DNA from: Catajapyx aquilonaris
Taxonomy: Eukaryota
Assembly: GCA_000934665.2 (NCBI GenBank)
Contig: JYFJ02000337.1
Location: 1 to 64,000, forward strand
Direction: 5' to 3'
DNA length: 64,000 bases
Notes under the pieces: generated by a model
Database searches by the model: none
What the model saw: only the letters and a program-made list of their open reading frames with translations
Told to the model about the DNA's origin: nothing
Position numbers and translations under genes: made by a program
Part shown: one piece after another, positions 15,550 to 24,858 of the stretch
Layout of the letters: each line of letters opens with the position of its first letter
Position numbering within the stretch: the stretch's first letter is position 1

Positions 15550-16814
15550 AAGCAAGAAACCCAAGTAACCACAATAGAGCAGACTTAGACAGAAACAGGA
15601 AATGAAGACTTGGAAATGGAAGACTATCTTGTCCACACCTCAAATGCCTTACAATAAATGGGGGGATAACTTTTAAACCACTTACAAGGTGAATCACGGC
15701 TTCGGACCTTTGAGCAGCTTACATACCAGTTTCCATAATAAGCAGGGTGTGCGTGTAATGTAAGTGCTTCAAGGTCCATTACAGATTCACCGCTGATGGC
15801 AAATTTGTTGCTGTGAAAAAAAATCCATGACTTGCTTACAATGTGTTGTTTCATACATTCCGTCGTATGTGAACCACTTAAAAGAAAGAAATCATATAAT
15901 ATATTCTAGTCAGAGTACAATTCTCCAAAGATATTGGGCATAAATGTGTAAAGACTTATATGCATATGTTAATTTTCATTGTTGTGCCAATAATTGTTGT
16001 GTGGACATGTTTTTTCTCTTTATGCTGATGTAACATTGCGCTGTGCATGGGACACAAATGTTACTATGCATTCCAGTGCATAAGGCACATTAAGCAATGC
16101 GTAACATAATAATTATGCAGCACAATAATACGTTGTGATGACTGCCATAAGATGTGTGATTTTTCAAATGGTTCCATGTACTAACCGTGTGCTTGAGGAG
16201 AAAATAAGTAAATACACACGTGGTGATGTGGTATGATGGAACCTCCTCTGAAATAATAAGACATGTTACTTGTACGCTCTTTAATCCAATTAAAGCCAAG
16301 TGCAGCATGGTTAGATTTTGTACATTTTGCTGCTTTTCATTCTCCGTTCTTCCCCAGAATGTTCGGCGATACCTGACTGTAGGAGAGAGACGTTCAGGAT
16401 AATCTGTCAGTCATTTTTCCCAATGTTAATGGATCTATCTAGATTGTTGTTAATCAATGGATAATTATTATTAGTCAAATTCACATGGGAGAATATGTTG
16501 CTTATTTCCTCGTGACCTTTCCATAAGAGTTTATACCCTGTGCCTAAGAATTCGTTAAATATGACCTAAGTCAGAGGGTTTACGAGGCGACTACAGGCCA
16601 TTGGCCCCTGCATCCCGGGCCCCACATTAAATATGACAGTAATGGAAGCGTTGGAAATATCCTAGTGACGAATATTTCTAGGCCTGTTGCAATTAATCTA
16701 ATATGATATCCATTTGGCTGATTAGATTTGACCACCTGTCCAACAGTCTATTGTCTGTATTTCGTTCTCTACGGCATTTGGTTTGTGTCCATTGGAATCT
16801 TTTTGTACAGCAAA

Positions 16815-18009
16815 ATGCCTCGAACCAGCATGACCAACGGAGGGGTGAAGATTTTGTTTTTCTTGCAACTCATCCTGTCTGCATGGTACTTGCTTGGTGA
16901 CACATAAATCTTGAAATACTAGTAGATATCAAATATTAACTAAGCCAAAACCACATCTACTTTGTCATTTTGATTATTTTATTTGTAGGGGAGCTCAAGG
17001 GCTATGGAGCCCCAATTCCTACATGTTGTACAGCCTTGTCTTCCTGTTCACTTTGCTATGGATTGTACATGATAAGGAGTCTACAGAGCCCATCGTATTG
17101 GTAACTACAAAATAATGCTACATACTTGTAATGCATAAGTGCTTTAAATTTTTACCTAAACTTCAAGTTTTAACATTATTGTTGATTTCAGGCCTTTTAC
17201 ACTGGTGGCATTTGTATCCTGCTTGATATTGTAGTGCTGTCAATGTATTACCCTTCAGGTCAAGGTGAGTTCAATTGTTGCATTGAAGTCCCCCTCATGT
17301 ATCTCAATCTAACACTAGGAAAAAATTAACATCAAGTGATCACTTTGAAAGTGTTGTAAACCTTCTCTAGAAAGAGCTGGGCTCTGACCAGTCTTATCCC
17401 CATCTTTTCTAGCTGCAATCATACATGCACCTCAAATAGACAGTAAAATGAAACCAAATATAATTTGGTGCCTTTTAAAGAACTAATTCAAATTCATATT
17501 CAGGCTTCACAGAGCAATTCAGCGCCATTACGGCAATATTCAACATGTTTATGAGAGGAGGCACCATCATGACACTGAGCAAAGTGATTCGTGAGCAGGA
17601 TGGAAATCTAGCAGCTCTGGGATTAGATGGAATTTGTGTGGACACTCCAGGTGAGTTTGAAATTGTTTGGAATGACAAATCTTTGCACAGTAAAATTTGG
17701 CTGCATATTACAATCGATCAACTTGTCAGTTACGGAATTTTCCTTCCGTCCTGGTGGATTTTCATTGCATTTTTGTTGCGATTTATGGGAAAGAGAACTG
17801 AACATTTTGTGACCTTTTCTAAACTGTGCACCAGTCACCATGATTTTTTTTCTTTGACAGTATCAAGTGCTTCAACCCCATATGAGAACAGAAGAGGCCC
17901 ACCTGTGCCACCACAGCCTCCGGCCACAGGACTCCCTGCCTACTCTTTTGATGCTGGCGGTCCCACACCTGACAGCAAACTGCCACCATCCTACCCTGGC
18001 TTCAACTAA
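16815..18009 (+). CDS. AGTRAP/ATRAP-like membrane protein, copy 2 (183 aa)
   Basis: Exons 16815-16885, 16989-17100, 17192-17264, 17504-17650, 17861-18009. The first four exon sizes (71/112/73/147 nt) are identical to copy 1. The frame is open and ends LPPSYPGFN*. Confidence 0.87.
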
Positions 18010-19023
18010 ATGAGAAAATAACTTAGCACTTTTCCTAAAAATTGAGTGACAAGCTGCAAAATCCATGGGACTTGAAAACTATATTTTTCAAGCGCTTGTA
18101 CTTACCACATGCTGCAAGTTGGAAGTAGTTGTCTGCAGATATTTTGATATTGGTAATTGCCTCTGAAATAATAAGGCAGATGGTGTTTTGTGACCACTTA
18201 TTACATAAAGTTCAATATATATTACACATTTGAAAATATTGATTATTGTCTTCATTTAATATACGTACAACTACCCCACTCTGGTCCCTACTGATCATTC
18301 AATTTTAAAAATTGCAACAGGCACATCCATGATCCATGTGTAACTTGATAATTATGCAGCACAATAATATGTTGTGATGACTGCCATAAGAGGTGTGATT
18401 TTTCAAACGGTTCCATGTACTTACCGTGTGGTTGAGGAGAAAGAGGTGAATGCACATGTGATGATGTGGTATGATGGAACCGCCTCTGAAATAATAAGAT
18501 ATGTTACTTATATTTTAACCCAATTAAAGCCAAGTGCAGCTCGGTTAGATTTTGTAAATTTCGCTTCTTTTCATTATCTGTACTTTCCCTGAATTTTCTG
18601 CGATATACCTGAGTTTGGGCAAGGCTGACTGTTAGCTAGAGAAGTTCTAGGTAATTGGTTAGTAATTTTTTCCCAGTGTTATATGGATCAGCCATTGGTC
18701 ATCAATGGAAAATTATTACAAGTCCAATGCACCCGAAAGAATGTGTTGCATATACTTCTTCATGAGCTGGCCATATGAATTTATAGGTCTACACTGTGCC
18801 TAAGAATTCATTAAAGATTGCAGTAATAGAAGAGTTGGAAATATTCAAGCGATGCATACCTGCATTATTACTAGGCCTGTTCTATTTAATCTTGCATCTC
18901 GATAAACATACACTGATTAGATTTGACAACTCGCTGAGTTTATTTTGTGCCTGTCATTGTATGCAATACGTTTGTTTTGTATTGCTTGCCATATTTTTGT
19001 GCAGCGGAATTGCTCAAGCCATC

Positions 19024-20279
19024 ATGGCCAACGGAGAACTGAAGATCATATTTTTCTTGCAACTCATCCTGTCTGCATGGTCTGTTTAGCGACACATATT
19101 TTTGCTGCATTAATCTGTCCATAGTCCATATTCTGTCAATCCATTTGGCACGTTACTTTTGGCCTGATTCATAAGTCTTATCAATAAAATACACATAGAT
19201 ATACCGTAAAATACTGATTAAGCCACATCCGCTTCATCAATTTGATTTATTTGTAGGGGTGCTCAAGGGCTATGGAGCCCAAATTCGTACATGTTCTACA
19301 GCCTCATCTTCCTCTTCACTCTGCTATGGATCATACATGAGAAGGAGTCTCAAGAGCCGCTTGCAATGGTAATGACAAACCATCAAATTCACTAACATCC
19401 TTGAAATGCACAATTGCTTTAAATTTTCACCTAATCACCATGTTGGTATACTTTTTTGTCAATTTCAGGGCATTTACACCGGTGGCATCTGCATCCTGCT
19501 TGATATCATAGTGCTGTCGATGTATTACCCATCAGGTCAAAGTGAGGCGTATAGTTCAATTATTGCCACAATCAAGTCCTCTTTTTGCTCTCTTATATTA
19601 GTGGAAAAAAATTTAGCATTTCTCTGAAAGTGATATCTTTTGCTCCACTTTCCCCCCTATAATACTACATTCACCACAAAATGACAGTAAAATGTAACAA
19701 TATTTAATTTGATGCCTTTAAAAAAATCCTTTAATGAATAAAGAACATTTACTAATTCACATTCATGTTCAGGCTTCACAGAGCAATTCAGTGCTATTAT
19801 GGCAATATTCAACATGTTTGTGAGAGGAGGCGCCATCATGAAGCTGAGCAAAGTGATTCGCGAGAAGTATGGAAACCTAGCAGCTCTGGGATTAGATGGC
19901 ACTTCAGCAGACACTCCGGGTGAGTTTGTTTCTCATGTTGGGTCATACTTGTTAGTACAGTAAAACCTGGCTGCATCTGACTTATCCGTTACGAAATTTG
20001 GCTTCCGTCCTGGTGGATAAATTTCATTGCACCTTGCACATTATGGAAAACAAAATATGGAATGTTTTGTCTGCTTTTCCTACACTGTGCACTTAATTGT
20101 TACCATGATTTTTCTATGCAGCAGGTTCAAATACTTCCGCTGGGTATGACAACACAGGCGGCCCAACTGCAGAAAGTGAGGTGCCGCCTCAGGCCACCGG
20201 CCTCCCTGCCTATCCTTTTGATGCTGGCGGTCCCACACCCACCAACAAACTGCCACCATCCTACCCTGGCTTCAACTAA
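19024..20279 (+). CDS. AGTRAP/ATRAP-like membrane protein, copy 3 (about 180 aa)
   Basis: Exons 19024-19079, 19257-19368, 19469-19541, 19773-19919, 20125(or 20122)-20279. Internal exons are again 112/73/147 nt. The frame is open, very similar to copy 2, and ends LPPSYPGFN*. Confidence 0.85.
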
Positions 20280-20621
20280 ATGAGAATAAGGCGAATCGCA
20301 ATTTTCACAAAGATTAAAAGACTAATCCAGCTATAGCAACAAAATAATTTGTGCAAGCTATATATTTATCAAGGTTGTAATAATATAATTTAAATTAATT
20401 AAAGTTAAACGATACGTCACATGACTTGTGTTATATATGAGACCCAATTATAAATTGCAACCAATGAAATGAAAATAAATATTTAAAAAAGTTAACTTGT
20501 AATATTGTGAATTGCGGAGATTACAATTTAAAAATGTATGAAGTTTAAACTTGCAATATAACAGCCCCCCAACAGTTACCAATGATTCAGGCTTATAAAA
20601 TTAGAAAAAAAAAGTAAAAAG

Positions 20622-20694
20622 TGTTTCCGCCCGGGATCGAACCGGGGACCTTGCGCGTGTGAGGCGCACGTGATAACCACTACACTACGGAAAC
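20622..20694 (-). tRNA. tRNA-Val, anticodon CAC
   Basis: Reverse complement GTTTCCGTAGTGTAGTGGTTATCACGTGCGCCTCACACGCGCAAGGTCCCCGGTTCGATCCCGGGCGGAAACA (73 nt) folds as a canonical cloverleaf. A downstream T-run Pol III terminator corresponds to the + strand A-run at 20616-20620. Confidence 0.97.
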
Positions 20695-21046
20695 CTTTCA
20701 TGTTGAGAAGCCGGTTTATTTAGTCCTTTATGCCACCCAGTCTCTCCCCCCATGCGCAACAGAGTTTGTGCAAAATAAACAGCTGGATTTTATCGCATTC
20801 AATGCACACTGATAGTCCTCATTAAGACTTGTGCACTAATTGCGTTTAATTACCTCCTGATGAATGTACGCCGTGAGTCCGTGACCAATTTTCCAATCAG
20901 ACCTGATGATGCCGGATAATAAGCCGTCCGGGTCGGTCCGGGTGTAAAATAATAATTCGGCTCATTAGCCCAGCTGGTCCATCGCACCAGCATCACACAG
21001 AGATGTTACAATAATAAGAAGAAAAAATATTGGAAAGAAAAAAGCT

Positions 21047-21120
21047 TGGCCCGCATGGGGTTCGAACCCACGACCTTCGCGTTATCAGCACGACGCTCTA
21101 GCCAACTGAGCTAACGGGCC
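21047..21120 (-). tRNA. tRNA-Ile, anticodon GAT (atypical for eukaryotes)
   Basis: Reverse complement GGCCCGTTAGCTCAGTTGGCTAGAGCGTCGTGCTGATAACGCGAAGGTCGTGGGTTCGAACCCCATGCGGGCCA (74 nt). All stems pair, the anticodon loop is CT-GAT-AA, the A and B boxes are intact, and a T6 terminator lies 3 nt downstream (21038-21043). Confidence 0.95.
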
Positions 21121-21409
21121 ACGCGATTAAATGGGGAGGAAAATGACCCACTAGTTGTACAGGAGGACACGTGCTCCTCTGTGTACGAAGGTCTTGTTGT
21201 GTAGTTCACACATATGTTCAGAAAGTAATCATTGCAAAATGTTGCCGTGAAAACCATGAGCATGCAGGATGCAGCAGTACTGTACAAATCCTGTGTAAAA
21301 CATGTACATTCCAGAAGCTGAAATTAATATGGGATAACTACAATGCAACATTGTTACAATTCCACATTTATTCACATACAATTCAGTACAAAATCTCCAC
21401 GTCCCTATT

Positions 21410-22623
21410 TCACACCACTTTGGCCACCCAGTTCTTGAGCGAGTCAATGTCCAGTTCCTTCCCAGCACTCCCCTCTTCAAACTCCACCTTTATTGGCAGC
21501 ACGTGCGCAAATTCAAAGTCCTTTCCACGCTTGCCCAGGAATGTGTTGTTGTTGGCAGACTCACCCATGCTCTGGAGCTGGCTTGCCTTTGTCACACGAA
21601 GCATGTTTCTGAAATGCGCAAGAATGGGTATCAAATGAATGTGAAACATCCAATGAGTGATATGGACTACGAAGTGGTTCACATTTGATAGCACTCACAA
21701 TAGCAATTATCATATTCTGTTGTTCCACATTGCCCAAGGTATTATACACTCGTAATAAAATGAATTGCAGATTGATTGGGAAAATACTTTTCATCAGCAA
21801 CTTTTGCACACATTTACATTTTGCATCAATAACTCATAACGTAACAGCATAACCCATAACGAGTGTGATTCCATTCCAAATGAAGCTACACCTTACATTT
21901 CTTTCTCCAGCATGCTCTTGATGACTTGGCAACCTTTGGCCATAGTCAGATCCTGCTTGTTGCAGAACACCAGCACAGGAATACTGTTGGAGGCGACATC
22001 CGAATCGGTCAAGATGGTGTACAGGAGTTCAGCCACATCCTTCACCTTCTTCTGGAAGGTCACGCTGTCCACAACAAACACCAATCCACGGCAGGTGGCC
22101 TTGAACTGGTTGAAGAAGCGAGATGCCAACCGCTCATTGCCCGGGATGTCATGCACAGTCAACGTGCCCTGTTGAGAGGGATAAGTGTGCATTACTGTTC
22201 ACTGAAATGAGCTGAAGTTTATCAACGCACACTGCGCACCTTCTTATGACAAGTGTAGAATCCGGTGTTTTCCTTCATGGAGGTGAAGCTGTCCACATGC
22301 TTCTCGTGTGTCAGCTGTGAGAATAGAAGAGTCTTCCCCGACTCGCTCATGCCCACAAGAAGCAAAGCCTGTCTCTTGATCCTTCTCCTGATGGCCAATA
22401 TTACAACTGGAATGGGATTTTGCAACACATGTTAATATGTGCAATGTACCAAAGCATATGTTGTACGGACAAGGCCGGATTCCTCACATGTGGTGATGAG
22501 TATGACGATGATGGCGACCAGGAGACCGATCAGCTGTGGGTCGATCTCCTTCAGCCATCCCCAAACCGAGTCGGCCTCTTGGGTCGTCCTCTTCAATATT
22601 TTCTTCGCTGTTTTTTCCGCCAT
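21410..22623 (-). CDS. SRPRB: Signal recognition particle receptor beta subunit (257 aa)
   Basis: Exons 22623-22488, 22406-22240, 22168-21897, 21608-21410 with consistent phase. N-terminal TM anchor (LIGLLVAIIVILITTFVILAI), P-loop GMSESGKT, DIPG switch, VFVVDS, NKQD, and the SR-beta-typical LEKEI/N.LRVTK segment. AATAAA on the minus strand at 21367-21372. Confidence 0.95.
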
Positions 22624-23058
22624 GTTGGCAGTGATGGAAGCAGTGTGGACAGATCGTCACGATAACAATTAAAAACAGGACTACCAATCGGGTACTTAAT
22701 ATTTACACACATTTTAACTAAATACAAGTACATATTTTAATCATAATATTTAAACATTTTAGTGAAAAATATTATTAGTGGTTTGGTATGTCGCCGGCAG
22801 GTGGCATGAGCGAGGTTGTGCACTCTAGTGACATCTGGCGAGAATTTGTCAAACTTTGCTCAGCACCCGGGATAATTGGAAAGTCCTCAAAACAATAAAT
22901 TAGCTACAATTACACTATGATTGTTTCTCATACATTTTTGACCATCTAAGGAGAAACAAAAGGCCTACGGCTCCCCAAAAATTAATTACCTCGCCAATGA
23001 AAGGCCACTGAATTTTTAATTAGCTCGCGGCCAAGATGAAGTGCGGACACATACTGTG

Positions 23059-23060
<2 letters not shown>

Positions 23061-23094
<34 letters not shown>

Positions 23095-23107
23095 ATGTTG
23101 TCGCAGC

Positions 23108-23184
<77 letters not shown>
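23061..23184. repeat. Compound microsatellite (CTA)11 plus (TAT)~25
   Basis: Directly visible. It explains the poly-I/poly-L/poly-Y ORFs in the track. Confidence 0.97.
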
Positions 23185-24358
23185 GGGTGTTTGTACAGCC
23201 TTCACCTGCTGAGGGTAGCATCGCAGTCATCGCCAATGGGTTGAACCGGTCATTACTCAGCCTCCTACAACCTGGCATTAAAAGCATATGCCACAAAGGC
23301 GGCGTCTTCATGCTTCCATTAGGAGACCCGTCCAATGTTTTATTTTCTTCCTCCTCAAAAATTGAGAACGTGCCAGAACCCACCCCGCCCACTACCGCTT
23401 AACCATTAATCACCCCTTTTGCTCCTGATTTAAAAATAACTATAATAATCGCGCCGCCTCTAAACTCCCTCGGTTTTTAATCGCACCCCCAAGTTTGACC
23501 TGCAACAACCTGTACATACAAAAAAATTTGCCCTTTAGCTCACGGCTCCCCCATCATTTATCAACATCACCTCACAAAAATGGCTACCTTCGATTTTGCA
23601 TATAATTAAGCAGCGAGGATAATTGGATTTAAACCAGTAATTAGCCGAATCCGTTGGGTGCAAGTGAAAGAGAGAGATCTGCATGTGCTTATGCAAATTG
23701 GTAAGATTACAGCCAGAAATGAGGATTTAATCACTTAGGGAGTCTTTCTTTGTCCAACATTTTTTTGTATGTTGGGACGGTTAGGGCGTGCATGCTTCGG
23801 GATTTTTATACCCGCAAAAATGCCGTGCATAGGTGGAAAAAGGTGGGGTGGGTTACGCCATCAGTTAGGGTCAAAAAGCGTGACAAATTTCCTGGGTCAT
23901 CCATGTGTCAAGTCTCTCTTTCCCCCTCTCTCAGTTCTCTGGTGCATTCCACGCCTTTTTTATAGGCTTATGTTACTTTTTTTTCTCTCTCAGGCCACAA
24001 ATCTCCATCTGAATCTGCTCGGCAGTGCATCTATGCGTGCAGCGTCGGGGGGAAAATAAAAAAATAGCTGGCAGGTTACATAAAAAATATATATACAAAA
24101 GGACAAAAGTGGGTGGAGGACAGAGGGGGGCAGGGAGAGACAATTCGTTCCACTTTATGACAACTAACGAGCCAACCCTTTGATTCAAAAATAACATTTT
24201 ATATACAACTGGCTCTGATTGAAATGCTAACCGATTTTTGGCACCAACAAGCTGCTTATTAGCACTAACATTATAGTGATTATAACAATTATAACGGATA
24301 TATCATATAATTATGTAACCTATATAACGAATATTAATAAGTTATGAATGGTATCCAT

Positions 24359-24525
24359 TGGTATGATATATTAGTGACAAATTGGTATGATATATTAGTG
24401 ACAAAATGGTATGATATATTAGTGACAAAATGGTATGATATATTAGTGACAAAATGGTATGATATATTAGTGACAAAATGGTATGATATATTAGTGACAA
24501 AATGGTATGATATATTAGTGACAAA
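24359..24525. repeat. Minisatellite, 24-bp unit x7 (TGGTATGATATATTAGTGACAAAA)
   Basis: Units start at 24359, 24383, 24407, 24431, 24455, 24479 and 24503. They are nearly identical and have no spacers. Confidence 0.97.
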
Positions 24526-24611
24526 TGTTATAATTATATGTTATAAACGCTACATATTGTCTAATTAATGCAATATTAGTTTATTATTGTTGTGATATAG
24601 TTTGTTATAAA

Positions 24612-24858
24612 TTATAATAGTTAAGCGTAATATTTGTTATAAATGTTATGAATAATATTTGTTATAATAGTTAAGCGTAATATTTGTTATAAATGTTATG
24701 AATAATATTTGTTATAATAGTTAAGCGTAATATTTGTTATAAATGTTATGAATAATATTTGTTATAATAGTTAAGCGTAATATTTGTTATAAATGTTATG
24801 AATAATATTTGGTATAATAGTTAAGCGTAATATTTGTTATAAATGTTATTAATAATAT
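24612..24858. repeat. Minisatellite, 50-bp unit x~4.8 (TTAAGCGTAATATTTGTTATAAATGTTATGAATAATATTTGTTATAATAG)
   Basis: The unit recurs at 24621, 24671, 24721, 24771 and 24821. Confidence 0.96.

Larger units (their letters stand above)
16110..20290 (+). repeat. Tandem segmental duplication, unit about 2.2 kb (about 16110-18020 and 18350-20290)
   Basis: Upstream non-coding sequence (AATTATGCAGCACAATAAT..GTTGTGATGACTGCCATAAGA..GGTTCCATGTAC..), introns and exons of AGTRAP copies 2 and 3 align by eye. Confidence 0.9.

Noticed and set aside
20855..20960. CTGATGA motifs between the tRNAs as a hammerhead ribozyme or C/D snoRNA
   Set aside because: No correctly placed GAAA core with stems I-III, and no terminal stem with a D box, could be built.
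22982..23392. ORFs with poly-Ile/poly-Leu/poly-Tyr, and the WYDILVTK-repeat ORF at 24344
   Set aside because: They are translations of micro- and minisatellites.
24359..24858. Regular short repeats as a possible CRISPR array
   Set aside because: Units are head-to-tail with no unique spacers, there are no cas genes, and the context is eukaryotic. These are minisatellites.
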